Positions 43,821-53,829 of a stretch of 64,000 bases of DNA are shown in pieces (within the stretch, counting starts at the first letter, position 1; every line of letters begins with the position of its first letter). Location: positions 96,001 through 160,000 of the IMG/VR virus record IMGVR_UViG_3300023199_000127, one strand, 5' to 3'. This stretch comes from a virus. A program made the position numbers and the translations under genes. Below the pieces are notes generated by a model, which did not search any database, was not told where the DNA came from, and saw only the letters and a program-made list of their open reading frames with translations.

Positions 43821-46160
43821 TTAGCGTTTCGTCCTATGAGATTTACGCTTATACGTAGCCCGATGCTGTCTCCCTACCTTGGAATCGCCATGGAACTTGT
43901 CCCTGATACCATGCAGGGCAAAGTCATGTCCATCCTTAGGCTTCAAGGAGGATTGCTCAGTGAGACAGATAGCAGAGCAGGCTGAGTCATTCAGCTCAGC
44001 CTGCATGGCCTCACTAAGAGCAACGCGGAACTTATACATCTGACCCATCCTCGGGTCGTCCTGACCACTCAGGTTAATGTCAGTCTGAATTGTCAGTCTG
44101 CGATCACGTGCTGCGATCACAGTCACACGCTTCAGCATCTTCTGCATTGCTGCTTTGGTAGCCGGCCTGATGTTCTTGTTCGTGATCGCTCTGTTGTAGC
44201 AATCAGTAAAGAGCTTGTGTACCATCTGCTTGTTGGCATACCGAGTGTTGAACTCAGCATTGATAGCCCGAGCAACCTCCATGTCCTTGGCGATACGTTC
44301 CCGTGCTTCCTGAATGATCTGAGGATCACGCAGATCCATAAAGGGAATCCATCGCCAGGTACGAGCTGTCTTTACTCTCTCATGGGGGTTGTTCGGGTTT
44401 TTCTTCTTGAGTCTCAGCTCTCTCTTGCCAGCGATCTTGTGCCAATAGAAGGCCCAAGCCAGCTTGTTCCATAGAACAAGCGGGAACTCATTGGCAGGCA
44501 CACAGAAGCTGTAGCTCTGGGAGAAGGTGTGCTGGTCGAACCGTGTCTCCTCCTCGCCAGTGAAGGGATCATTCTGCTTTATCCAGCAACTCGCACAGTA
44601 CTCATTCAGCCGGCGAATGCAGTCAAGCCTATCCTGATCCAAGGGGACGCCAATATTCCCCTGCCAGAGCGTAGAGAAGATGAGTACACCCTGTACATCC
44701 ACCAGCTTAGCTTCGTGCAGTCCTCCTGCCTGAATCTCAGCCAGTTGATCCAGCGTTTCCTGTGCTCTGCGGCGACGTTTCTTACGTTTCTTCTTCTCTT
44801 TCTTCTCGGACTTATAGTCCTCCGCTTCCTCGTCAGTACGAATGTCCATAGCCCATTCATGAGCCAACGTGGCATAATTCGTCACATTGTCAGTAATGTT
44901 GACGAGGTGGAAGGATCCTTTAATCTCCTTCTGGACTACGAGAGAGTCTTCCTCTTCACGGACGACTCGTAGTGTGGTTTCTCGACCATCCTTGAGGACA
45001 AGAGCTCCGCGTTCGCCAACGGCGGGAGCGGAGCTGATCAGGTCCTTAGGGACAGGCTTGAATTTCGAGAGCACACGAGCGCCACGTCCTACCATCTGCA
45101 TCCACAGGCTGCGAGAGATAGTGGGACGGGCCAACATGATAGTGTTCAGACTCTTACAGTCGAAGCCTTCGGTATAGATCATGCAATTGATCAACACCTT
45201 GGACTCTGTGTGAGGACCACTATCCAGCCATTTGATGATGCGTTTGCGCTCTGCTTTATCAGAAGACCCGGAGATCATACGAACATCCAGGTTAGGGTCC
45301 CGCTTCTTGAATGCCTGGACCAGGTCGCGAGCGTGTTGCACATCACAGGCGAAGACCAGTGCTTTACCATACTGGTCCTTCTTGCTGAGATACTCGTCTG
45401 CAATCGCTAGGTTGCGTCGCGGTGTATTCAACCTAGTCAGTGCCTTGGCAGTGTAGTCGCCACCACGAACATCAAGCTTGCCGATGTTCTCGCTCGTCCT
45501 CATCTCATAGTAGATGGGACGAGCGAGATATCCCTGCCGAACAAGATCGATGAAGCCAATCTGATAGAGGATGTTGCCATCATATGCTAGAGGCCTCTCA
45601 TCAAGACGCTCTGGCGTTGCTGTCAGGCCAAGGTTGCGATGGATCAATCCCATCTTCTCAATCTTGCCAACCGTACGAATGTATTCGTTCGTATACTTGG
45701 CCTCATCCTGATGAGGCATAGCAAAATGATGGCATTCATCGATGACTACAAGCCACGTTCTGCCTGTTGCCTTATGCAGTGCCTTGAGCTGAGTTGGCAG
45801 TTTCTTGCAGGACATGATCATGCCCAGCACAACATCGCCCGTGGCATCCTTGGCTTCACTAATAGCCTCCGACTTATCCGCCAAACGAATCTTGTCGGCG
45901 CACCACGTGGTGAGTCGTTTGCCAGGAGCCACAGTGCGGAATGCTTCTGCGGCTTGCTTGATTAGCTCCTCACGATGTGCAATCCAGAGGATACCAACGT
46001 TCATCTTCTTCTGGATTCCAGAGCACAAGAAGCTAGCTGTGAAGGTCTTACCTCCACCAGTAGGGAGAACGACGACGCCCTTAGACAGGCCCTGCTTGTA
46101 GAAGCCATGCACTACAGCTTGTATAGCCTTTGTCTGATAGGGGCGTAGCTTAATCGTCAT
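43821..46160 (-). CDS. SF2 helicase (UvsW/ResIII-like) with long C-terminal extension
   Basis: LRPYQ, PTGGGKT, DECHH, LTATP.R, TEGFD and QMVGRGAR motifs. Confidence 0.93.
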   Translation of the reverse strand: MTIKLRPYQTKAIQAVVHGFYKQGLSKGVVVLPTGGGKTFTASFLCSGIQKKMNVGILWIAHREELIKQAAEAFRTVAPGKRLTTWCADKIRLADKSEAISEAKDATGDVVLGMIMSCKKLPTQLKALHKATGRTWLVVIDECHHFAMPHQDEAKYTNEYIRTVGKIEKMGLIHRNLGLTATPERLDERPLAYDGNILYQIGFIDLVRQGYLARPIYYEMRTSENIGKLDVRGGDYTAKALTRLNTPRRNLAIADEYLSKKDQYGKALVFACDVQHARDLVQAFKKRDPNLDVRMISGSSDKAERKRIIKWLDSGPHTESKVLINCMIYTEGFDCKSLNTIMLARPTISRSLWMQMVGRGARVLSKFKPVPKDLISSAPAVGERGALVLKDGRETTLRVVREEEDSLVVQKEIKGSFHLVNITDNVTNYATLAHEWAMDIRTDEEAEDYKSEKKEKKKRKKRRRRAQETLDQLAEIQAGGLHEAKLVDVQGVLIFSTLWQGNIGVPLDQDRLDCIRRLNEYCASCWIKQNDPFTGEEETRFDQHTFSQSYSFCVPANEFPLVLWNKLAWAFYWHKIAGKRELRLKKKNPNNPHERVKTARTWRWIPFMDLRDPQIIQEARERIAKDMEVARAINAEFNTRYANKQMVHKLFTDCYNRAITNKNIRPATKAAMQKMLKRVTVIAARDRRLTIQTDINLSGQDDPRMGQMYKFRVALSEAMQAELNDSACSAICLTEQSSLKPKDGHDFALHGIRDKFHGDSKVGRQHRATYKRKSHRTKR

Positions 46161-49100
46161 TCTCTTACCTCGCATCCGATCTTGGTAAGCTCGTTGCGTA
46201 TCCTCTTGGTGTTCTGCACCATGCCAATACGCATGGTGATGTAGTGTCTATTCTTGCTGGGCAAAGTTACGAAGAGCGGTACCCGGCCAGGGTATCGCTT
46301 GGATAGGTCAGTCACTTGGCGTGCCATGTCCCAATCCCAAGCGATCACACGTATGCGATGTGTCTCTACATTCTGCCCGGGTTCAACATCTTCGCGATAA
46401 CACCCAGCCAGAAGCTCGATCTCCATTGCCTCACGATCTGCCGCTCGCATCTCTCCAGCATCGGTAACGTCTACAGTATCACTAACATCGAACAAAGGTA
46501 CCGTCTTCACCTGCTTCTTTGCTTGCTGCTTATGCGCCTTGTACAGGTCCTTGAGAGCAGTAAGTAGGCCAAGACGAGAACCCCAGTCATCACAACACCC
46601 AGACTGGATGAGCTTCTCCACATCTACTTGACGTAGGGTGGAGTGGACACGCTTGACTAGGTCAGGCAGATCCTTGAAGGGTCCGCCTGCATTGCGGATC
46701 TCAACAAGCTTATCTGTAGCTGACTTAAGGCCTGCAATAGAGCGCAGGCCAAAGCGTACATTCTCACCCTCAGGAAGTGCGCCGGCACCACTCTTATTGA
46801 TATCCGGAGCTAGTACGAGGATGCTCTGCGTCATGCAGTCACGTACATACTTCTTGACTTGCTTGGAATCCTCGCCATCTACCGTGAGTAGAGCAGCCAT
46901 GTACTCCACCGGGTAGTAAGCCTTCAGATAAGCAGTCTGGTATGTCAGCTTGCCATAGCCTGCACTATGTGACTTGTTGAATCCATAGCGACCAAAGGTT
47001 TCGATCTGATTCCACACCGCATGGGCTAGGTCTTCCGGATGTCCTTGTTCTAGAGCAGCGGGGATGAACTTCTCCTTCTCCTCTGCTACAAGCTCCGGCT
47101 TCTTCTTGGCTGTAGCCTTGCGAATCTTATCAGCCTGTCCATAGGTGTAACCACAGAAGGTCTGAGCAACTGATGTGAGCTGCTCCTGATACACCATGAT
47201 TCCATAGGTCCAATTGAGAATGGGTTCGAAGCTTTCGTGCGGGTAAGTGATCGGAACACGTCCAAACTTACGCTCGATATACTCCGCCTCCATCGTCAGC
47301 CCAGTCTCTGGGCTGACGTAGTCCATCGGACCAGGTCGATGGAGCGCAAGGATAGCATAGAGATCCTCGAAGTTGCGAGGAGCTAGTCGTAGGCATATCC
47401 TGCGCATCCCATCAGACTCGATCTGGAAGACGCCTAGCGTTCTTCCAGAACAAACCAGATCATAGATCTTCGGATCATCATAAGACTCGTCCTTCTCGGC
47501 GGGAAATTCATGATGATGTCCCTGGTTGAGCGCGATGTACTCAGTACATAGTCTGATGACATCCAGATAATCGATGACCAGGAAGTCATACTTCAACAGT
47601 CCTATGTCTTCCAGGTCATCCATTGAAACTTGCGTGAATCGCGGTGCATCCCAGTCCTGAGCCTTGCGTTCACGACTACCGACCATCGTTGGCACATAAT
47701 CCTGGATGTTCTTGTCGGCAATCACAATGCCAGCAGCGTGACCAGAGATAGCACTTTTGGTCTTGTCAATCGCCTCACAAATATCAAGGAGTGCATTGCG
47801 TTCGTCCGGGTTCACCGAGACGAACGCCTTGAGGTCTTCGTTTTCCTCCCGCAACTCAGTCAGGTCGACTCGAAAGTCTCCCTGATCTTGCGGGAGCTTC
47901 TTGGTGAGCTCATTCAGCTCACCAGACTCGATGCCAAAGACCTCACCAGCCTTCTTGATAGCTGACCTGGTCTTAATGCTCTGGAATGTAGCAATCGCCG
48001 CCACATTGTCACGACCATACTTCTGGCGTACGTAGTCGATGACTTCGTGCCGGCGACTAGGTTCAAAGTCGATGTCCAAGTCAGGCATCGATACTCGCTC
48101 CGGGTTCATAAACCTCTCAAAGAGCAGGTTATGTCTGATGGGACAAAGATCTGTGATACCAAGGCAGTAGACCACAATGGATCCACCGCCGGAACCACGA
48201 CCAGGTCCTACCAGAATGCCACGTTGGCGAGCCCAGCTGCAAAAGTCAGCGACAACCAAGAAGTACTGCGCTACCCCAATCTTCTTAATGATCTCCAACT
48301 CATAGCGCACTCGAGACTTGTGCTCCTCAGTAGCTTCGGGGTACCTAGTCTTGAAACCCTCAGCCACGAGCCTGCGAAGCAGAGCATCGTGGTCTGCATA
48401 CTGTTTCAGATCGATCTCTGGAAAGCGGAACACACCAGTTTCGAACTCGAAGTCACACATGTCTGCGATGTACTTCGTGTTCGTCAGCAGGTCATCTCGC
48501 TCACCATTTGGTGTCCAGAGCTGCTGCATCTCCTCGAACCCCTTAAGGTACAAGGAAGAAAGACCAGACCGCATGCCGCCTTGTGCCTTGCCGGATTTTA
48601 CATCACGAAAAGAGTTGATTTGCAAGAGCACATCGTGGGCGGCATGCTGACTGGCGTCCAAGAAGTGGGCGTCGTTCGTAGCAATCATGGGGACCCCAAT
48701 CGCCTTAGCGATGGTGGTCGCATTATCAATGAACGCCCGCTCCATTAGGACTGCTTCTTCGCCGTGGTGCACACACTCAGGGGACATGTGTGACGTGTCC
48801 TCCATGGTATGATCCATGACCTCTACGAAGAAACGGTCCGGAAAGATCTCTGCTAGTTTGCCACCAATCTCGATGGCTTTCTGGACATCGACATCCCACT
48901 TGACCTGCTCGTAGTTACGCCCCACTCGTCTCTTAAACTCTGGGGCACAAATATGGCGGGCAAGTGGTCCATTAATGCAGGCGGAGCTACAGATTACACC
49001 CTCGCTATACTGAGCGAGGAGATCCAAGTCCAGACGAGGCTTCCGATAAAAGTACGGCGGCGTCTGCGCAATGGATAGCATGCGAGAGATGTTCTCGTAG

Positions 49101-49402
49101 CCACGCTGATTCATGGCCAGGAGAACAAGATGATCTGTGGGATTCTCTGGTGTGATCTTCTCCTGTACGGTGTCGTGGGCCATATAGGCCTCGACACCGA
49201 TGATGGGTTTGATCTCCTGCTTCTTGCACTCTCGAGCAAACTCGAGCACACCACACATCATGCCATGGTCTGTGATACCAAGAGCAGGCATACCCAGCTC
49301 TTTGGCACGAGCGACCAGGTCTTTGATGTGGTTCAGCCCATCCAACAACGAATATGTCGTGTGATTGTGCAGGCTGACAAAATCAGCAGGAGTTAGTCCC
49401 AT
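46157..49402 (-). CDS. dnaE: DNA polymerase III alpha subunit
   Basis: PHP motifs HNH.YS..DG, TDHG and TNDAH; GRGSGGGS, PDLDID, KYDFL and FNKSH. No intein. Confidence 0.97.
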   Translation of the reverse strand: MGLTPADFVSLHNHTTYSLLDGLNHIKDLVARAKELGMPALGITDHGMMCGVLEFARECKKQEIKPIIGVEAYMAHDTVQEKITPENPTDHLVLLAMNQRGYENISRMLSIAQTPPYFYRKPRLDLDLLAQYSEGVICSSACINGPLARHICAPEFKRRVGRNYEQVKWDVDVQKAIEIGGKLAEIFPDRFFVEVMDHTMEDTSHMSPECVHHGEEAVLMERAFIDNATTIAKAIGVPMIATNDAHFLDASQHAAHDVLLQINSFRDVKSGKAQGGMRSGLSSLYLKGFEEMQQLWTPNGERDDLLTNTKYIADMCDFEFETGVFRFPEIDLKQYADHDALLRRLVAEGFKTRYPEATEEHKSRVRYELEIIKKIGVAQYFLVVADFCSWARQRGILVGPGRGSGGGSIVVYCLGITDLCPIRHNLLFERFMNPERVSMPDLDIDFEPSRRHEVIDYVRQKYGRDNVAAIATFQSIKTRSAIKKAGEVFGIESGELNELTKKLPQDQGDFRVDLTELREENEDLKAFVSVNPDERNALLDICEAIDKTKSAISGHAAGIVIADKNIQDYVPTMVGSRERKAQDWDAPRFTQVSMDDLEDIGLLKYDFLVIDYLDVIRLCTEYIALNQGHHHEFPAEKDESYDDPKIYDLVCSGRTLGVFQIESDGMRRICLRLAPRNFEDLYAILALHRPGPMDYVSPETGLTMEAEYIERKFGRVPITYPHESFEPILNWTYGIMVYQEQLTSVAQTFCGYTYGQADKIRKATAKKKPELVAEEKEKFIPAALEQGHPEDLAHAVWNQIETFGRYGFNKSHSAGYGKLTYQTAYLKAYYPVEYMAALLTVDGEDSKQVKKYVRDCMTQSILVLAPDINKSGAGALPEGENVRFGLRSIAGLKSATDKLVEIRNAGGPFKDLPDLVKRVHSTLRQVDVEKLIQSGCCDDWGSRLGLLTALKDLYKAHKQQAKKQVKTVPLFDVSDTVDVTDAGEMRAADREAMEIELLAGCYREDVEPGQNVETHRIRVIAWDWDMARQVTDLSKRYPGRVPLFVTLPSKNRHYITMRIGMVQNTKRIRNELTKIGCEVRE

Positions 49403-49408
49403 ATGTAA

Positions 49409-49609
49409 CTATTCTTCCACACCCAGCATCTCGGCAACGATCTTCTCCCACTGTACATAGTGTCTAATCTGGCCAAGATTCTTCATGATCTTCTCACGCC
49501 CAACGTTGGCATATCCACTCGTGGACAAACAGCAGATGATTGCACTGGTCTTGTTAATGGTAGTCTCAGGATACTGTTTCGACGTATTCATCTTGATGTC
49601 TACGGACAA
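49409..49609 (-). CDS. Hypothetical protein
   Basis: Fills slot. Confidence 0.5.
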   Translation of the reverse strand: MSVDIKMNTSKQYPETTINKTSAIICCLSTSGYANVGREKIMKNLGQIRHYVQWEKIVAEMLGVEE

Positions 49610-49884
49610 ACCTCATCAGGCAGATTTCTAGCACGCTCTGCACGTTTCTGTAGATTGTGCAGCTTTTTCTTGTGGTCATCAATGAGATCTTCAAGTCCCA
49701 TAAGATCCCACGTCGTCACAATCTCAGTCTGAGGCTTCTTCTTACGGCACCAGCGTACCTCGACTTTGGTCAGGTGAGCCAAGGTTCTTTTCTCTACGAT
49801 GCTAATGATCTTGCCGAACGTATTTGCACGGTAGATCTTATAGACAATGTCCCCAATCTTCGGGTTATTTCTATCGAACTTCAT
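49600..49884 (-). CDS. Hypothetical protein (SH3/KOW-like N-terminus possible)
   Basis: KIGDIVY...GKII...VEVRW pattern. Confidence 0.55.
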   Translation of the reverse strand: MKFDRNNPKIGDIVYKIYRANTFGKIISIVEKRTLAHLTKVEVRWCRKKKPQTEIVTTWDLMGLEDLIDDHKKKLHNLQKRAERARNLPDEVCP

Positions 49885-50093
49885 TACAGATCAGATCCTC
49901 CCGAAAAACGTGGTGCAGTCCACGTGTCACCATTACGTGCCGATGTGTATTCTAGGTACCATCCGCATCTGGCTGCACAATACAGCAAATGCGGATGGCA
50001 CGGGCCAATGACATCAGTAGGGCGGAAAGCCACACTACATCCGCATTTGGGGCAGCGCATTTCGTCGATTGGCGAGTCAATGCGTTCAGCCAT
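49884..50093 (-). CDS. Small zinc-ribbon protein
   Basis: CPKC...CAARC; start at ATG 50093 after AGGAG. Confidence 0.6.
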   Translation of the reverse strand: MAERIDSPIDEMRCPKCGCSVAFRPTDVIGPCHPHLLYCAARCGWYLEYTSARNGDTWTAPRFSGGSDL

Positions 50094-50156
50094 GATGAAG
50101 TAGACTCCTATTAACAACACACGCAGTGTCGTAGCTCTTACAGGAAAGGACAGAGT

Positions 50157-51374
50157 ATGCACGACAGCATCAAATTCTGTGATCACTGCGATGAGTCCAT
50201 TCCTATGGGAATGGACCGACGCCAAAGAAAGGGCAAGACGAAGTGTGGCCGATGTGCCGATCGTCTTACACGTTTCTGGCGTTTCTGGGTTGTGCTCATG
50301 TTCATTGGTACTCTCACTGCTGCTAAAGCTGTGCACCAAGGGTCTGTGAAGCGAGACAATGTCGTGAAGCAATATGTTCACGACGGTCTTCGCTTTCTAG
50401 ACGGTCGTCTGACCCTGACCATCAAAGCTACCATTCAGGCCCTTGGTGATCTGCAGAGTCAGATGGACATACGTCTTGCAGAGCATCGCAGATTGAAGGT
50501 AGAGCTGGAAAAGGTCAAGCTCGATTTTCAAGCTGCGAAAAAGCAGATTGCTCAGCGTATTACCTCCTCAACTAACAAGGTGGATGAGGTAAAACTTCAT
50601 GTGAAGGAGCGCGTCAGCGTTCTTGAGTCCAAAGCTAAAGCGCTCGCTGCTGAGGTTGATACCATGAAACTCGTAAGCCCTGAAAAGCTTCGTCATGCGG
50701 CTAGGGCTACTGTCGGTATCAACGTTCGTGATAATCGCAGGTTGTGGAGATTCGGTAGCGGTATCATCTTCCACCGAGTCCATGAGGACAAGAAGTGGCG
50801 CTATTACGTACACACCTGCTATCACGTTATTGAAACCCATATCAATACCCGTGAGACGTCTAAGCATAACCCCGTGCTTAAGGTCACTGTCTTCGATGAT
50901 GTTGGCCGCTTGATGCCCACTGGAGAATTCGAGCTTAGAACTGAGACCAACTTCAAACAAGCACAGTCTCATCGAGGTGTGACTGACTACTCAGTGCTTA
51001 GCTTTGTGTCCGAAAAGGAACATGCAATCATCCCCTATGCTACGGACGAGGAAAGCCGGTCTATGCAGATCGGCGATCCTGTCCTTATCACTGGTGTCCT
51101 GCCCACCGAGCGACCTGCCATCTACTATGGAACTGTCGCATCACTGACCTCGTCTGCATCGGGGTGCATGGCTATTCAGGGAATGGCATGGCCGGGAATG
51201 AGCGGTGGAGCCATCTTGGACCGAAGGACGATGAAAGTCATCGGCATCATGCAGATGTTACCCTCGAGGCCGGCGCCAGGTCCCTTCAGAGCTCCTGGTG
51301 CACTGAACAACGGTCTGGGCTACATTACCCAGATCCATCGCATCGACAAACGCTTCAGGCTCAAGATCAAGTAG
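50157..51374 (+). CDS. Membrane-anchored trypsin-like serine protease with N-terminal C4 zinc finger and coiled coil
   Basis: CDHC-x18-CGRC, hydrophobic FWVVLMFIGTLTAA, heptad region, triad TCYHV / DYSVL / GMSGG. Confidence 0.85.
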   Translation: MHDSIKFCDHCDESIPMGMDRRQRKGKTKCGRCADRLTRFWRFWVVLMFIGTLTAAKAVHQGSVKRDNVVKQYVHDGLRFLDGRLTLTIKATIQALGDLQSQMDIRLAEHRRLKVELEKVKLDFQAAKKQIAQRITSSTNKVDEVKLHVKERVSVLESKAKALAAEVDTMKLVSPEKLRHAARATVGINVRDNRRLWRFGSGIIFHRVHEDKKWRYYVHTCYHVIETHINTRETSKHNPVLKVTVFDDVGRLMPTGEFELRTETNFKQAQSHRGVTDYSVLSFVSEKEHAIIPYATDEESRSMQIGDPVLITGVLPTERPAIYYGTVASLTSSASGCMAIQGMAWPGMSGGAILDRRTMKVIGIMQMLPSRPAPGPFRAPGALNNGLGYITQIHRIDKRFRLKIK

Positions 51375-51656
51375 CTTGAGCCAACTACCGGAGTGTTTGA
51401 GGACCTCTTGATAAGATATCAGGAGGCCCTCTTCATAATCGAATCACATTCCGATACCTGATTTTCGTTTCGGTTTCCGAAATTCGAAAATCCGGCTCTC
51501 GTTGTTTTTCGAAAAATTAAGCCCTATAGGGTTTCTACTCTATGTTTCGCAATGACAGTGTAAACCTTGTCTACGTCTATCTCGCCATATCGAACAAAGA
51601 TGACGTCCTGACCAGTTAGATCCATAAAGCAGTTTGCGCTGGTTTTCTCTGCTTAC

Positions 51657-52283
51657 TCATCGACAAATCCCACACAATGCGAATCGCAGCATCGGGATAT
51701 CGTGCTGCCGATCCAAGGCCTTCAGTGCCTTGCAGATCAACTTAAAGTGACGCCTCCACGACCGATTGCCGTGCAGATACTTCTTGATGATGTCCCACGC
51801 TTCCTTCTCAGTGATGTCATCCGTATCCGGATCTTCATCATCATCTTCGCCGTCACTCGGAGGCTGTGGCGCCGAGGGTGGCTCATCCTCCGAACAAGGA
51901 AGGTCGAAGTATTCGACCAACTGAGGAATCTCACACGGATCGTGAATTCCGTTGATCGGGTGCAGGATGCCTAGGGTAGGAGCCCAAAAGGCGCTCGGGA
52001 TGAACGTGCCATCCTCCTTAAACCACTCGAGCGGCAGGGCGTAGTCCTGCAGCTCGTCATACGGGATCACATTGATCTTGTCGTGAACCTCGTGCCAGAA
52101 GAACGCGATGGTATTTCCGCGTTCACTGACACAGAAGATGTACATCGGGAAGTCCTCAGCCGCCGGAATGGCCGGCGTGTTAAACAGGGTACAGTTATAC
52201 GCCTCAAGAGAGTCGTTATCTGACCCGCGATGACACCCGATAGTCGCTAGCGCGACCAACAGAGAAAGCATGGAGTGTTTCAT
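51657..52283 (-). CDS. Putative lipoprotein
   Basis: MKHSMLSLLVALATIG-C lipobox; acidic/Pro linker. Confidence 0.6.
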   Translation of the reverse strand: MKHSMLSLLVALATIGCHRGSDNDSLEAYNCTLFNTPAIPAAEDFPMYIFCVSERGNTIAFFWHEVHDKINVIPYDELQDYALPLEWFKEDGTFIPSAFWAPTLGILHPINGIHDPCEIPQLVEYFDLPCSEDEPPSAPQPPSDGEDDDEDPDTDDITEKEAWDIIKKYLHGNRSWRRHFKLICKALKALDRQHDIPMLRFALCGICR

Positions 52284-52996
52284 AGGACGATTTCAATTTC
52301 GAACTCAGATGAGCTATGGTGTCGCATTTTCATGGTGCGCACCCCTGTCTTTATTCCGATCGGAATTCCCTCTTTGTAGATCGTCTTCAAGCGACGAAGA
52401 TAGAAGACTTGATCGGAATACATGATTGTCGTGGGCCCACCATAGGGCCGCAAACGCATTGGTTGAATGTTCTGACGTACCTGATTGCAGATCAGTACTG
52501 CGGTGTCTTTTGCAGAGGACGCTGCAGCAGCAATCTGCTGATAAGCGTCTTTCACAAAGGCGTTGTAGTCGTCAATGTCCATATCGGCCGTCAGGCCGCC
52601 CAGGGAGTCCACCACGACGAGATTGACGGCTGAGGCACCCACCAGAGCCAAAATCAGCTCAAGGCCCTCCTGGGGCCCTGAGGGCCGTGCTAAGAGGACC
52701 TTATCAAGCTCCACATCCCGATGGGCAGCCATTTGAGCATGGAAAGCATTGTCCAGGTCTATCCACGCGACGCTATAGTCAAGACTGATAGCCGAGGAAG
52801 CCGCAATCAGGGCGAGCTGCGTTTTCCCAGTAGCGGAATCTCCATAGAGCATTGTGATGCCCCCAGAGTAGATTCCGCCACTCAGCTCGTCCAGATCGGG
52901 AATCGTCCACGGGATCTGGCATTGTTCCTCGGACCATTTGGCTCGTTCACGACCCATTTGCTGGATCAGATTCAGGGAAAGCTGTAGATTATCCAT
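52280..52996 (-). CDS. Short RecA/RadB-like ATPase
   Basis: GGIYSGGIT...GDSATGKT, IDLDN, VVVDSLG, ICNQVR and YGG motifs. Confidence 0.88.
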   Translation of the reverse strand: MDNLQLSLNLIQQMGRERAKWSEEQCQIPWTIPDLDELSGGIYSGGITMLYGDSATGKTQLALIAASSAISLDYSVAWIDLDNAFHAQMAAHRDVELDKVLLARPSGPQEGLELILALVGASAVNLVVVDSLGGLTADMDIDDYNAFVKDAYQQIAAAASSAKDTAVLICNQVRQNIQPMRLRPYGGPTTIMYSDQVFYLRRLKTIYKEGIPIGIKTGVRTMKMRHHSSSEFEIEIVL

Positions 52997-53672
52997 GGAC
53001 GAGAGTTCCCCACATGGTGCACATGGCAGGCGCTGGCTGACTATATGTGAACTGGCCTACGTGCTTGTACTTCCATCCTGCCGTTCGGTTGGCACGACTG
53101 TGGAGTGCCTTGCGCACCTCCCACATCTGACGGCGAGCTGCATCGCTCGCCGGCTTGCCCTCCGGGCCTTGCTTGATGAGCCTGTTTTTACTGAACCGCT
53201 TGTTCATCTCTGGAAAACGATTCCACATCTGGAAGGTGATTGCGAAAGGTACTCGTTCATCATCAGCAGTTAGCTTATGATGCAAACGGCCCAAACCTTC
53301 CACCATACTAGGGACAATCTCTCCACAAAAATCGAGGTAGATGCCATTGTACTTCTTACGGTACAGGTTCTCGTCTTTGGTGGGATGATCCATTCGAAGG
53401 AACTCAACAATGTCTCCACGAATGGTGCAAGCGCCTACATTTTTCGGTGCAGTAACACGTACCGCATGGAAGATATCATGAGACTTCTCCCAGCCATGGA
53501 TACAAACAATATCTTGGTCTTGCTCCTTCAGACCCTTCTCCCACATCCAACCAATCCCAGGAAGCACTAAGAGATGGGCGGGAAATCCGTCTATCTCTTT
53601 CTTGAAGTGATCAATGACAGGGGCACGTATCTCACCCTTGTATTCGCGGTTGCTCTCGTAATACCTGGTCAT
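52989..53672 (-). CDS. Possible SAM-methyltransferase-fold protein
   Basis: LLVLPG..., IHGWEK, GDIVEF and IYLDFCG motifs. Confidence 0.45.
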   Translation of the reverse strand: MTRYYESNREYKGEIRAPVIDHFKKEIDGFPAHLLVLPGIGWMWEKGLKEQDQDIVCIHGWEKSHDIFHAVRVTAPKNVGACTIRGDIVEFLRMDHPTKDENLYRKKYNGIYLDFCGEIVPSMVEGLGRLHHKLTADDERVPFAITFQMWNRFPEMNKRFSKNRLIKQGPEGKPASDAARRQMWEVRKALHSRANRTAGWKYKHVGQFTYSQPAPAMCTMWGTLVHG

Positions 53673-53817
53673 TGTGTTCTAGTCTCTTACCGCAGCGAAT
53701 GCAGTAATAGTAGCGGTGACCATCCAGTAGAACGATGATGTGGGGCGTCGTACGTCTACATTCGACCTTGCGATCTCCGTAACCGGTACTGCAGTAGTAG
53801 CTGATGTACTTGCCCAC
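53632..53817 (-). CDS. Small Cys-containing protein
   Basis: C...C.....H...CIRC. Confidence 0.45.
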   Translation of the reverse strand: MGKYISYYCSTGYGDRKVECRRTTPHIIVLLDGHRYYYCIRCGKRLEHNDQVLREQPRIQG

Positions 53818-53829
53818 AGCATCATTCTA

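Noticed and set aside
7875-49402. Inteins or group I introns in the helicases, RNR, RecA or DnaE
   Set aside because: No C/S...HN splice motifs, LAGLIDADG blocks or large insertions; lengths fit uninterrupted proteins.
23167-50142. GTAGYTCTTACA 13-14 nt before the start codons of tmk and the protease
   Set aside because: Only two copies were found, and a 12-mer with one mismatch among start-proximal windows is plausible by chance. It needs a genome-wide scan.
51372-51461. Read-through extension of the protease past TAG
   Set aside because: An open stretch of 28 codons is common by chance and has no supporting motif.
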